64,000 nucleotides of DNA from a virus: the IMG/VR virus record IMGVR_UViG_3300036859_000816, positions 1-64,000 of that record; one strand, given 5' to 3'. Shown here in pieces: positions 28,100-37,961 of this stretch. The position numbers were made by a program, and so were the translations under genes. Within the stretch, counting starts at the first letter, position 1. Each line of letters starts with the position of its first letter. The notes under the pieces were generated by a model, which worked only from the letters and a program-made list of their open reading frames with translations, was not told where the DNA came from and made no database searches.

Positions 28100-28579
28100 A
28101 TGGCGGAAACACAGAAGATTTCTCGCGTAATGGTCCTATGGATCATGTACCGCCAGCGCCCGTGGCTGCGCTGGGCATACGTGCTCGGCAGGTGGTTTCG
28201 TGGCGCGCGGCGCCTCAAGAACGAAGGGCTAGATGGGACGCAGGGGGCTCTCTATGAAGCCGGCATCGAGATCGACTGGAGCGGCGCATGTCCGGTTCAA
28301 GGCGAAGGAATCATCGACGATTACCCTTGCTACTACCGCAGCCGCGGCGAATGCTGGGAATTCGAAGTCTTTCCGCTCGGTACTGACTTGAAGCAACATC
28401 CGTGGCCGGAGTCGATTTGGTACTACGATGAGTGCCCGTACATTTGGCCGGATGGCGGCTGGGTGACCGCGAAAGTATCAGAGCAGTGCATTCGCAAAGC
28501 AGCGCGTATGTTCCGAGATCGCGATCTTCCTCGAGACAGTTACGGGCCAGCTTTCGGTGGAAACGTTGCGAAAATTTGA
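28100..28579 (+). CDS. Hypothetical phage protein
   Basis: GACPVQGEG...YYRSR motif. Confidence 0.65.
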   Translation: MAETQKISRVMVLWIMYRQRPWLRWAYVLGRWFRGARRLKNEGLDGTQGALYEAGIEIDWSGACPVQGEGIIDDYPCYYRSRGECWEFEVFPLGTDLKQHPWPESIWYYDECPYIWPDGGWVTAKVSEQCIRKAARMFRDRDLPRDSYGPAFGGNVAKI

Positions 28580-28624
28580 CAAGCAATACGCTCGCAGCCT
28601 TAGCCTTGGCGCACAGCGCGCTCT

Positions 28625-29206
28625 ATGGTCGCGAGTCCAGCATTCACACCGAGTCCATTTGATCCGAAGCGGCGCGGCTGGTTCGTGGTGCTCGGTATTG
28701 CTCCCGGATTGAGCGCGGTCGGCTATTGCGTGCTCGATATCGACGCGCGCGGAGTAGGCCATTGCCTGGATTACGACGTGCTCATGGGTAACCGCGCCGC
28801 GCAGCTTGGCCGTGCGAATGCCGATTTGAGCCTGGCGACGCTCGCACAGCTCATCCATCGGTTCAGGGTTCACCGAATGATCATCGAAGTCGTCTGCGAA
28901 CGGCACTATCCGTGCGTGCTCGCCATCGGACCGGCTGCGCTCAGCCGGGAGCCGCCGGAATTCATCGTCGCGGCACGTAAGGCGTTGACCGACATGGCAG
29001 GTTTCTTCGGTTTGCGCGTCGTTGATGTGACCAAACACGCCCTTCGAGAGACATTTCCGGGTGAAAAGCTACCCGGACTCGTCCAAGATCGCCTCGCTGC
29101 GCCCATCGGTTCGCGGGATCGGCGCGTGCTGCGCGCCGCCGGAGCGGCGCTTGTCGCCGCTAGCGAGGTCCGCGCTGAAAAAATGTGCTTGCCAGCATCG
29201 GGCTGA
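28625..29206 (+). CDS. Degenerate RuvC / RNase H-fold protein
   Basis: VLGIAPGLSAVGYCVL resembles the RuvC N-terminus with Asp replaced by Ala. Confidence 0.6.
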   Translation: MVASPAFTPSPFDPKRRGWFVVLGIAPGLSAVGYCVLDIDARGVGHCLDYDVLMGNRAAQLGRANADLSLATLAQLIHRFRVHRMIIEVVCERHYPCVLAIGPAALSREPPEFIVAARKALTDMAGFFGLRVVDVTKHALRETFPGEKLPGLVQDRLAAPIGSRDRRVLRAAGAALVAASEVRAEKMCLPASG

Positions 29207-29994
29207 CCGCCGCAGTATCGGCGTCAGTCGTGCGCGCGCAGGAGCTGATCCAGTGCCCGATCGAGCGCATTGATCGCGGCCACAATCCACGAGAATACTT
29301 CGATCCTCAGCTGATCGAAGCCTTGGCGCACTCCATCGGCGCGCACGGCGTCATCGATCCCATCGTCGTGCGCCGCCGGCCTCACGAGCGCTACGATCTC
29401 GTTGCCGGCGAGAGGCGCTGGTTGGCCGCACAGAAAGCGGGACTCCGTGAACTGCCGGCAATCATTGTGCAAATCGACGAGGAGGAGCTCGATTTCCTAC
29501 AGTTCGACGAGCAGCATCATCGCCAGGACTGGAACGAAATCGAGTACGCGAAGTGGATGCAGCGCATGCTCGAAAAGCACAACCTGACTCAAGAGCAGCT
29601 CGCCGGCCGTATTCGCAAAAATCCGTCGCACGTTTCCGTGTTTCTCGCACTGCTCAAGTCACCCGAAGCAGTCCAGGAAATGCTCAAAACGGGGCAACTG
29701 TCGTCAACTCAGGCGCTCCTCATTGCAAAACGGCCAGCGGGTGAGCAACTCTCACTGGCACAACGGGCGGTCAGTGAAGGTTTAAATACCATCGAGCTGC
29801 GCCGCAAAGTGCGAAAAAACAAGGACAAATCGGCGCAAATTCGCGACCTAGAGCGACGTTTTCAGCGCAGATATGGTCTGCGAGTTCAGGTCGCCCTTGG
29901 CCGCAAGCAAGGTAGCGGCGAGGTCAGATTGCGGTTTGGAAACCTGGACGAACTCGACCGATTGATTGAGCTCGCGCTACCGAGCGAAGTATAG
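29185..29994 (+). CDS. parB: ParB/Spo0J family protein
   Basis: NPREYF, GVIDPIVVR, LVAGERRWLAA, HTH TQEQLA, C-terminal dimerisation segment. Confidence 0.92.
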   Translation: MLASIGLTAAVSASVVRAQELIQCPIERIDRGHNPREYFDPQLIEALAHSIGAHGVIDPIVVRRRPHERYDLVAGERRWLAAQKAGLRELPAIIVQIDEEELDFLQFDEQHHRQDWNEIEYAKWMQRMLEKHNLTQEQLAGRIRKNPSHVSVFLALLKSPEAVQEMLKTGQLSSTQALLIAKRPAGEQLSLAQRAVSEGLNTIELRRKVRKNKDKSAQIRDLERRFQRRYGLRVQVALGRKQGSGEVRLRFGNLDELDRLIELALPSEV

Positions 29995-30006
29995 GATTGC
30001 GCAAGT

Positions 30007-30513
30007 ATGTACATCTTCACAGCATTGCTCGCCATTTCTGTCTTAGCGAACCTGGCCTTGGGGCTGCGGTTACGTCGCATGCGGCGGTTCATTCCCGATG
30101 CGATTGTCCAGCTAAAATCCCTGCATGAAGAGCGCGTTAACGCAACGCGCAATCTGAATGCTGGGCTTACAGTGGAGACGGAACAACTGCGGAAAAAGTG
30201 CGCGGATTACTTCGAGACCATCGACTCAGCGTGCAATCAGCGCGATTTTTGGCGCAACTGGTACTATCGGCAGGCTTCCGAGCATTCCAATGCCCAGAGT
30301 TACCTCTTGCGCTGCGTTGAAGAACTGATCTCGCAATATCGCAAGGAAACGGGTAAAGCACTTCAAGTCGATCCGGTGGCTCAGTCGCTCGTGGAGGTCT
30401 TCAAGGACAGCCACCCGCGTTTGGCTGACGCCGGACAGAGCGCCAACCAGCCAAATCTGGCCCTGGAACCTACTAAGGCCAGCCTCGAAACAGGACCGCA
30501 AGCGCACGGGTAA
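30007..30513 (+). CDS. N-terminal transmembrane plus coiled-coil protein
   Basis: Hydrophobic first 20 aa then helical heptads. Confidence 0.7.
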   Translation: MYIFTALLAISVLANLALGLRLRRMRRFIPDAIVQLKSLHEERVNATRNLNAGLTVETEQLRKKCADYFETIDSACNQRDFWRNWYYRQASEHSNAQSYLLRCVEELISQYRKETGKALQVDPVAQSLVEVFKDSHPRLADAGQSANQPNLALEPTKASLETGPQAHG

Positions 30514-30514
30514 A

Positions 30515-31708
30515 ATGGACGAGTTACCGGTAACCGTTCCGCATGAGGTCGCCCGCATCGGCAAAGAAGACGCGCCGCGGCTGGACCAGGAGCTGTATCG
30601 CCACCGCGAACAGCCACCGGCCTACGGTTTCGATCCGCAGGATGGCTTGCCGCGCGTCGTTCCCGAATCGAGCTACGAGGAGACCTACGTACCGCCGCTC
30701 GATCCAACGACGTTCATCTGCATGGCGGACACCACGGAATTTCGTTTGCTGTCCGGTGCGACCATCTTGGCGCGGTTCACTGCAGATGAAGTTCAACGCC
30801 AGTCCGACGGTCGCTACTACGTGAGCTATGAGCTGGCGCTCAGTAGGACCGAACGCAGTCTGCATCACCACGTGCTCATGCACGTCGGTTCGGCGTTGAC
30901 ACCTGTCGAGCCCATTCGTCGAGCGTGTAAGCATTACGTCCGGCAGATGATTGATCTTGCAGGGCATCGCGACCGGCGCGTAGTGACGCGCTTCTGTACG
31001 GCACTGCGTGACGAGAACGGCGAGTTTCAATCGCTGCGCGACGGGCTCGTGTACGCCTGTGAACTGCGCGATCCGCGCGAGCCCGTGAGCGAAGGACAGC
31101 TCGACGATTTCGATCGGCGCAAGATTACCGAAGGCCGTGAACGCCGTGAAAATGACGAAGGCGAATTCGATGTCGACGCGGAACTGCGAATCATCCACGG
31201 CCAGAAAATTCCCATCGTCGGTCAACTGCTGGGTTACTGGTTCCAAGATGATGCATGGCCAGACAAACCACCACGCTACCCGCCCGTGACCGCTCTACTG
31301 CTCTCGAAAACTGGTGACGAAGCGCTTACTCTGGTGAACGTAGAGGACACGTGGTGCGTACTGTCCGCGAGTGCAGCGGCAACGTATTCGCACAGTAGGC
31401 GATGGTTTACGGGCAACTACCGTCACGGTTGGGACGCTGATCTCGGCGCAGACTGGAAGCCAGTGTCGAGCACAGAAAGTTTTCTGACGACGGATCCGGA
31501 TGTGAACTGGAGAGACGCGCTATACAGCGACCCCGAACAGTTTCATCCGGAACATTGGCGACAATTCGAAGTGGTCGCCATCAAAGCTATCGAACACCAA
31601 GACATTGCGGCTCGTTTTGGTGACGCAGCGGCTGCCGCCGCGCGCTCTGATCAACAAAGCATCCTGTTGCGCGTAGCCGAGCGCGCCGCAGAAGGTTCAA
31701 TCCCATGA
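30515..31708 (+). CDS. Hypothetical protein
   Basis: 397-aa ORF in coupled run; CKHY...FCTA...ACE Cys cluster. Confidence 0.75.
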   Translation: MDELPVTVPHEVARIGKEDAPRLDQELYRHREQPPAYGFDPQDGLPRVVPESSYEETYVPPLDPTTFICMADTTEFRLLSGATILARFTADEVQRQSDGRYYVSYELALSRTERSLHHHVLMHVGSALTPVEPIRRACKHYVRQMIDLAGHRDRRVVTRFCTALRDENGEFQSLRDGLVYACELRDPREPVSEGQLDDFDRRKITEGRERRENDEGEFDVDAELRIIHGQKIPIVGQLLGYWFQDDAWPDKPPRYPPVTALLLSKTGDEALTLVNVEDTWCVLSASAAATYSHSRRWFTGNYRHGWDADLGADWKPVSSTESFLTTDPDVNWRDALYSDPEQFHPEHWRQFEVVAIKAIEHQDIAARFGDAAAAAARSDQQSILLRVAERAAEGSIP

Positions 31709-32229
31709 CTGACATAACGACGACCGACAATGAACCGAATCTGCTTCGAGATATTCAGGTACTGCAAGCGGAGATGATGGAACACGTCAACCGCATCAAG
31801 GGGCTGAGCCGGCAGGGTAAGCTCGATCACGAAACGCTGACGAGCGAGTTTGCGGAAACGTTCCTGCCGCTGCTGCAAGACACGGTCGATAAGATGTTCC
31901 AGGTTCAGTACCTGGCGCAACGCTTCGGTGACGACGTTGCTGCCAAGCTCTGGCCGGACGGCGAAGAAGATCCGAGTGGTCTCTGGCCGGAAGATGCGGA
32001 AGTTTTTAAGGCGCTGCTCACGGACTACAAACACGTCGTCTCAGCATCACTCGAGCATTTGGACGGTGTTGCAAAAAAGGAAAGCGAAAAAAAGATTGCT
32101 CTGATCGACAAAGCGCTCGTGCGCATTAACGAGCTGACGCTCAGCGAAGATGCGCCTCCGGATGAGCATGAAGATGAAGAGGACGACAATGAGGACGACG
32201 AGGAAGAGGACGTCGACAAATCGAACTGA
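31705..32229 (+). CDS. Acidic helical protein
   Basis: Coupled ORF with D/E tail. Confidence 0.75.
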   Translation: MTDITTTDNEPNLLRDIQVLQAEMMEHVNRIKGLSRQGKLDHETLTSEFAETFLPLLQDTVDKMFQVQYLAQRFGDDVAAKLWPDGEEDPSGLWPEDAEVFKALLTDYKHVVSASLEHLDGVAKKESEKKIALIDKALVRINELTLSEDAPPDEHEDEEDDNEDDEEEDVDKSN

Positions 32230-34715
32230 TGACTACGCCCGCCGACATTGCACGACCCGCTGATGAATCGAATGATGACGGGCAGAAGTTAAGCGGGCCC
32301 TTTTCATCGACGGACCTGGCGGCAAAGAAGCGTCGAAAAACAGACCCGGAAGAGAACGCCGCTTTTCTTAGCGAACATCTCGACGCAACCCTGCCTCGCA
32401 AAGATGAACAAACCGCTCGGGAAGCGGCTCCCGCCATCGTGAGTACGGGAACGGCGGAAGCGACGCCGCCAGCCGAGATCAATCGTCAGCTGCGCGACCA
32501 ACCGACCGTCGATGCCGTCGTCGATCTAGATGAAGAAAAGCTCGACAAGTTCTGTAAAAATTTTCAGGATCTGTTTAAGAAACAAATCGACGGCGAGAAC
32601 TTCTACATCGATGTCATTCGTCGCAAGCCGGCGAGCTGGCAAGGTATTACGACTAAGGGTTCGCAGCATCGCATCGAACGACCGATGACCATCGAGGAGT
32701 TTGCACAGCTCTACGGTGGCGAGGAGTACGTGCTGCAGGTCTATGGCAAGTCGAAGAGGGGACCCGTACTCAAAGACGTGAACGGTAAGCTCATCGGCAT
32801 TGCGCGCACGACTCCGGTTATCGTCAACATACCGGGAAGAGACCCAAATCCGTATACTGCCGTCGGCTACGCCGAACATGGAAGCGATGACATGACCAAT
32901 CCAAGCATTCCACTTGTAACGGCTCCCATGGCTCGCGTACGCGACTCAGAGCTCAAACACGAAGAGGTCATGGACGAACGGCGCGATCAGCGTGAGCAGC
33001 GCGCCGACGAGCGTCGCCGCCGAGAACTCGACAAGGTACGCGAAGAAGAGCGCGGCAAGATGGACGTCAGTCTGCAAATCCTCATGAAGCAGATGGACGA
33101 AAAGAGTGCGCAGATCGCGACCCTTACAAAGAAGCTCGAAGACCGCGGTGAGGATCGCAAAGCGGACATGCAGGGCATCGCGGCGGTGATTTCGGCGACG
33201 AGACCTGCGCACGATCCGCAGGAATCCAAGACACTCCAAGAGCTACAGAACAAACTGAGCGAGCAGCATAAAGACGAGATCAAGACGCTCATGGCGTCGC
33301 ATGCCACCGAGCTCAAAGCGGTGCAGGATCTACAAGTCAAGCTCAGTGAACAGCACACTGCCGAGATTACTCGGTTGCGCGAAGGGTACGCGGCCGAGTT
33401 GACGCGGCTACGCGAGGAACAGGGCAAAGAGCTCAGGCGCGTCGATGAATTGCGCGCGGAACAACGCAAGGACTCGGACAAGGCAATCAAAGAATCCGAA
33501 GAACGGATGGCGCAGCGAATCAAGGATGTCGAAGAGCGCGCGCGTCAGGACGTCGCCGCTGCGCGAGCGGACGTCGCCGACGCCAAGTCCGATGGCGATC
33601 GACGAGTCAACGACATAAAGGATCGCTTCGAGGATCGTATCAAGGATCTGGACCGCAATCACAAGCGCGAGATCGATGGCAGTCGAGAGCGGTGGGAGTT
33701 GCAGCTCTCCAACGAAAAGACTGCGCTCGAGACGCGCCTCGCTATCAAGGACCAAGAAATCCTACGTCTACAGGAAGAGCTCGAAACCGCTCGCGAGGAA
33801 GCGAAGAAGCCACTGACCGACCGCATCAATGAAGTCGCCGCCGCCGCCGAGGCGCTCGGGTACGGCAAGAACGAACCGGAGCAAAAAGACTGGAAACAGA
33901 TGGCGCTCGAGGTCGGCGGCAACCTCGTGTCGAATCTACCGGAGCTGCTACGCTCCGCTGGCGATACGATTACAAAAATGCGCCAGCAGCCGACGCCGCA
34001 ACAGATGGTTGCTTACACACAAGCTCAACAAGCGCAGATGCAGACGGCAGCCGGCGCACGTGCCGTGCAGTTGGCCGGCACGGCCTTGCCGCCACCGTTG
34101 CGAGGACCCGCAGGCGCATTGGCGGGGCCGCGTGGCGGCTTCGCTACCGAAGACGGACCGGAATTCGAAGGCGCGCGCGGGATGCGGTCGCCGATCATGC
34201 CGGCAGATGCGAGCGTGCCGACCATGGGCCGCGTACCAGCACCCCAGCCGCCTACGGCACCGGCGCCGCGGGCGGCGATGCCCTACGCAATGCAACAGCA
34301 CGTCCAGCCCATGCAGCCGGCGCGCATGCCAGTTCAACCGATGCAACCGGTCCAACCGGCACCGGTCGCCGCGGCCGTCCCTCAACCGGCAGAGCCGCCC
34401 GCTCCGACCGAAGCGCCAGCCAGCGAACCCGGACAACCCGGCACACTGCGATTCACCAATGAACAAGTGCTCGAATTTCGTCCACTCTTCGAAGCCGCTC
34501 TCAAGCAGGGCGCATCGCCTACGGAAGTCGCTGACTATCTCGTGCGCACGTACAATCGTGAACGCGTCGCCAAGGTTCTGCCTTTCATCGAACCGGGTTA
34601 TTTGCTGAACGTACTGCAGGAGAACGGCTTCGATCGTAGCCCGCTCTGTCGCCGCGACGGCCAGAAGTTTCTGCGGGAAACGTACGCGGTACTCCAACAG
34701 CGCTGCGCAGGATAG
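32229..34715 (+). CDS. Large coiled-coil protein with Pro/Gln-rich linker
   Basis: Long charged heptad region, PQ-rich linker, small C-terminal helical domain. Confidence 0.8.
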   Translation: MTTPADIARPADESNDDGQKLSGPFSSTDLAAKKRRKTDPEENAAFLSEHLDATLPRKDEQTAREAAPAIVSTGTAEATPPAEINRQLRDQPTVDAVVDLDEEKLDKFCKNFQDLFKKQIDGENFYIDVIRRKPASWQGITTKGSQHRIERPMTIEEFAQLYGGEEYVLQVYGKSKRGPVLKDVNGKLIGIARTTPVIVNIPGRDPNPYTAVGYAEHGSDDMTNPSIPLVTAPMARVRDSELKHEEVMDERRDQREQRADERRRRELDKVREEERGKMDVSLQILMKQMDEKSAQIATLTKKLEDRGEDRKADMQGIAAVISATRPAHDPQESKTLQELQNKLSEQHKDEIKTLMASHATELKAVQDLQVKLSEQHTAEITRLREGYAAELTRLREEQGKELRRVDELRAEQRKDSDKAIKESEERMAQRIKDVEERARQDVAAARADVADAKSDGDRRVNDIKDRFEDRIKDLDRNHKREIDGSRERWELQLSNEKTALETRLAIKDQEILRLQEELETAREEAKKPLTDRINEVAAAAEALGYGKNEPEQKDWKQMALEVGGNLVSNLPELLRSAGDTITKMRQQPTPQQMVAYTQAQQAQMQTAAGARAVQLAGTALPPPLRGPAGALAGPRGGFATEDGPEFEGARGMRSPIMPADASVPTMGRVPAPQPPTAPAPRAAMPYAMQQHVQPMQPARMPVQPMQPVQPAPVAAAVPQPAEPPAPTEAPASEPGQPGTLRFTNEQVLEFRPLFEAALKQGASPTEVADYLVRTYNRERVAKVLPFIEPGYLLNVLQENGFDRSPLCRRDGQKFLRETYAVLQQRCAG

Positions 34716-34724
34716 GTTGTTGTC

Positions 34725-35009
34725 ATGTACTTGAGCCGTTATGTCCTTGAACAGATTGAACTGAACCTCAGTCTACGGTTTCGAGTGCAAACCGATCCGC
34801 CGGAGCTCGCCCAGCAGATTGTGTCCAGCTATGGCGCAGATTTCATGCGTACGTTCGTGGAGGAAACCACGCCGGCAGGCTTGATCGAATCCTTCAAAGA
34901 AACGCACAAGACCGATAGCGTGTTCTACACGGACGACGGACGACGATTCATCGAAGAGCTGTATGTCGAAGTGCGCAAACTTGCACCGCCCGCGGAGACT
35001 ACGTCGTAA
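34725..35009 (+). CDS. Small protein resembling the C-terminal domain of 32229-34715
   Basis: PPELAQQIVSSYG...DDGRRFIEELY vs PTEVADYLVRTYN...RDGQKFLRETY. Confidence 0.65.
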   Translation: MYLSRYVLEQIELNLSLRFRVQTDPPELAQQIVSSYGADFMRTFVEETTPAGLIESFKETHKTDSVFYTDDGRRFIEELYVEVRKLAPPAETTS

Positions 35010-35733
35010 CCAGCATCTGCCAGTAGTCACCGGGCTCGTTCGTTCGATAGATGGGAACGAGCTGTCGATTGCGGATTTCATACAAACGCAAAGGATCGGG
35101 GTGGTGCGCGACGCTCGCGGCAGTGTAGACCTGACCCAAGTCGAGCGCGCGATGGTCATGACCGCAGCAGATGGAGACGTGCGGACCGCGTTGCAATAGA
35201 GCATTGATCTGGTTACGGTTCGTTAGACCTTCAAACAATTGCAGAGGATGCAGTTGCGGTCCGTGATGCATTGCAATGACGATGGACCGATTCGGCGCAG
35301 TGCCAGGATGAGTCAAGGCGTCAAGCAGTCCCAGTTGCGGCGCATCGACGTTGCCCAGAGCCCAGAACAATGGCGGGCGGCGCGAGAGAGTCGTATCGAT
35401 CGGGACGAGTAGCGCGTCCCCGAAGTCGAGGACCTTTCCCGGCCAGCTCGTGGCGCAAAAGCGGCGCAGTGGTCCGCGCAGCATTTTTCGCCAGCGCTCC
35501 GGCCCTCCATCGTGGTTGCCGGCGACGAGCGTCACGGATTCACTCGGCCAATCCGATAGCGCGCACGCCAGTTCGACAAACTGATGATGTTTGCCCCAAG
35601 CAGTGAGGTCGCCGGTGAGCAGCAGATGGTCGCAGCCGCTATATCGCGCTTGATCGAGCGCACGCAGAAACCGGTGATGCCGTTCGGGATTACCGTTTAA
35701 ATGCACGTCCGACAGTTGTGCAAAGCGCGTCAT
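34999..35733 (-). CDS. Calcineurin-like metallophosphoesterase
   Basis: SDVH, TGDL, GNHD, MHH, GHDH motifs. Confidence 0.92.
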   Translation of the reverse strand: MTRFAQLSDVHLNGNPERHHRFLRALDQARYSGCDHLLLTGDLTAWGKHHQFVELACALSDWPSESVTLVAGNHDGGPERWRKMLRGPLRRFCATSWPGKVLDFGDALLVPIDTTLSRRPPLFWALGNVDAPQLGLLDALTHPGTAPNRSIVIAMHHGPQLHPLQLFEGLTNRNQINALLQRGPHVSICCGHDHRALDLGQVYTAASVAHHPDPLRLYEIRNRQLVPIYRTNEPGDYWQMLVTT

Positions 35734-36794
35734 GAGCAGACCTCAGCAAGAGCCTGTCGAACCGAATGCAAAAGTTCGCGGTTGTCATCATGTTGAAAAG
35801 TACTCAATCGCGCTCGATACATCGGCAACCGCCATAGAAACCGGCGTAAGCGATCAGCTGTCAGTTGGGCGCACCGTTCACCGAAGCCGAGGCGTGCCAA
35901 GTAGTTCGCGTTTAGGATCTGTTCGAAGTGACCGGCGAACGGTACCGCGAGCATCGGTTTACCGAGATAGATGGCCTCGGTCATGACCGTAAATCCGGCA
36001 CCAGCAATCACCGCTTGCGCACTTGCAACATCAGCAATGAAGGCTGCGTCGGAGAACGGACAGAGTGTCACATTGCGACTCTGAATCGGTTGCGTCAGAC
36101 CCTGCATACCGTAGGCGCGACATGGCACGCCGACTTGATGCATGACATCGGTCAGCTGAGCATGATCGGCCTTGGCATTGAAGTAAGTGATGACGTGGTT
36201 GCCCGGCAGAGCTGCACGCGCACGGAGAATCTCAGGGCGCAGAATCGGTAAATGCAGACTCGTTTGATCGCGACACACGGGCGCGTAGGCGAAGGTCGTC
36301 ACAAGGTAACGTTGAGCATACGGCACAAGATTGTCGACAATGGGATACATCAGTGCGGCCGCAGCTCGATCGTGCATCGTCACCTCATGCGGATGCGTGC
36401 AGCGATTCATGAAGTGAATGTTGTCGACAGCAATCAAGGGTATGCCCGTTAGATGGGCATAGCGTGCCGACCAGGGCTCGAAGTCACTGATGACGACGTC
36501 GGGTTGCACCGCTAACGAAGCATTAAGTAGCGCAAGAAAATTCAGTGGAGCTGCAACAAGCGACTTTACTGAGTTCATGAACAAGGTCGCTTCAGGACAC
36601 ACCTTGTTCTGTTTGATGACCGCGCCCAAACCCATGACGGGAAACGCAGGCCAGCGGCGCTTGAGATAACGGAGTGCGGGACCCGATGAAGCGAACGTAA
36701 CCGAGTGGCCGAGCGTCTGCAGATGCTCGGCGACAACATCCGAACGCATGGCGTGGCCCATGCCTTCACCGCATGCGCCGTACAGAATTTTCAT
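35730..36794 (-). CDS. GT-B glycosyltransferase (MJ1255/GT28-like)
   Basis: MKILYGACGEGMGHAMRS, VISDFEP, AGFTVMTEAIYLGKP, HFEQILNA. Confidence 0.9.
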   Translation of the reverse strand: MKILYGACGEGMGHAMRSDVVAEHLQTLGHSVTFASSGPALRYLKRRWPAFPVMGLGAVIKQNKVCPEATLFMNSVKSLVAAPLNFLALLNASLAVQPDVVISDFEPWSARYAHLTGIPLIAVDNIHFMNRCTHPHEVTMHDRAAAALMYPIVDNLVPYAQRYLVTTFAYAPVCRDQTSLHLPILRPEILRARAALPGNHVITYFNAKADHAQLTDVMHQVGVPCRAYGMQGLTQPIQSRNVTLCPFSDAAFIADVASAQAVIAGAGFTVMTEAIYLGKPMLAVPFAGHFEQILNANYLARLGFGERCAQLTADRLRRFLWRLPMYRARLSTFQHDDNRELLHSVRQALAEVCS

Positions 36795-37048
36795 TGCCTC
36801 GCCGAACGTCGGTTCACGTAGCTGTAGCCAATGATGGCGACGAGTCCGAGTAGCCCAGCCACTCCGGTTGCCACCGCTCCGCCGACAGCATAACCGAAGC
36901 GCTGACGATCAGTCGGAGCGGCGAAGTAGCCGGCAGCGGCACCGAGTGTGCCATCAACCAAAAATGATCCTGTCGATTGCGTGATGCCACGCAAGGCTAT
37001 GCCGGACAGACCATCAGGCGGAACCGTTACGAGCTGCGTTGTAACCAC
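36791..37048 (-). CDS. Small glycine-zipper membrane protein
   Basis: GLSG then GAAAGY...GGAVATGVAGLLGLV. Confidence 0.65.
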   Translation of the reverse strand: MVTTQLVTVPPDGLSGIALRGITQSTGSFLVDGTLGAAAGYFAAPTDRQRFGYAVGGAVATGVAGLLGLVAIIGYSYVNRRSARQ

Positions 37049-37323
37049 TGTTTCAAATCCTCGCCTATTCGGTAACCAAAGGCGCCGCCGATCAGAATGC
37101 CCGCGAGAGCTCCATTGCGAGCCCAGATCATGGTGCGCGGCGAATCGGTCACATAGCCCGCGGCGCCGCCGATTAGAGCGCCCGAGATCAATCCATACAC
37201 GGCTCCGATGCCACTGAGGCTCGCTGTTGGTGCTGACACAGCCGCATCGGCAAGTGGCCCAAGACCCGACCTAGCGGGAAGCGGCGGCGGAACGCGAGTG
37301 GGGACCAATGCGGACGGAACCAT
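37027..37323 (-). CDS. Small glycine-zipper membrane protein
   Basis: SGLG and LSGIG motifs then two Gly-rich helices. Confidence 0.65.
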   Translation of the reverse strand: MVPSALVPTRVPPPLPARSGLGPLADAAVSAPTASLSGIGAVYGLISGALIGGAAGYVTDSPRTMIWARNGALAGILIGGAFGYRIGEDLKQWLQRSS

Positions 37324-37333
37324 CTAGGCGATC

Positions 37334-37409
37334 AGAATAGCGGCGCCACCAAGAGTCGCGCAACTATTCGAGCTGAAATTTGCCCGAGCGCGGCCTGCGC
37401 CTGTAACGT
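37334..37409. promoter_or_regulatory. Divergent promoter pair
   Basis: Minus strand TTGCGC-18-TATTCT (37363-37334); plus strand TTGCCC-18-TAACGT (37380-37409). Confidence 0.55.
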
Positions 37410-37415
37410 AGCAGC

Positions 37416-37961
37416 GTGGTCGCCATTGCCGCACAACCCATCGCCGATGCGCCGCCATTCGTGCGGTCACGCTTCGGAGGACCGGTTCATACGATTCAGG
37501 TCATGCAGCAGATGTGTGTGGGCCCACGTGGCGAGCGGTCGATGTTGCTGCATTCGCTCCGCAACTACATCGTGCGAGAGCTCCAGCCCAAGGATTACCT
37601 GAGCGAGATTTTAGCCGTCCGGAACTTCGCCAGTGAGCACATTCGCTACTCCAACGATCCGCTGACCGAAGAGCAAGTGCAGGATCCCGAACGCATTACC
37701 GAACAGATCATCAAGTTCGGCAAAGCAGCAGGGGACTGCGACGACCTGGCTCTATGGATTGCAGCAATCTCTCGTCAGCTCGGTCGTGAGGCGCAATTCG
37801 TGACCGTCGGCTTCGAAGCGCCCGGACGCTACAGTCACGTCTTTACGCGCGTAAAGGAACCCAAGAGCGGACAATGGATCGTCTGCGATCCAGTAGCGGG
37901 TTCGAATGAAGCGGCGATGCTGCGCCGTGTGAAGACCTTTCATGTTTGGGATATTCGCTAA
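37416..37961 (+). CDS. Transglutaminase-like cysteine protease (putative maturation protease)
   Basis: GDCDD (Cys), YSHVF (His), WIVCDP (Asp) triad. Confidence 0.85.
   Translation: MVAIAAQPIADAPPFVRSRFGGPVHTIQVMQQMCVGPRGERSMLLHSLRNYIVRELQPKDYLSEILAVRNFASEHIRYSNDPLTEEQVQDPERITEQIIKFGKAAGDCDDLALWIAAISRQLGREAQFVTVGFEAPGRYSHVFTRVKEPKSGQWIVCDPVAGSNEAAMLRRVKTFHVWDIR

Noticed and set aside
32229-34715. SMC/Rad50 ATPase or tail tape-measure protein
   Set aside because: No Walker motifs and no tail gene context
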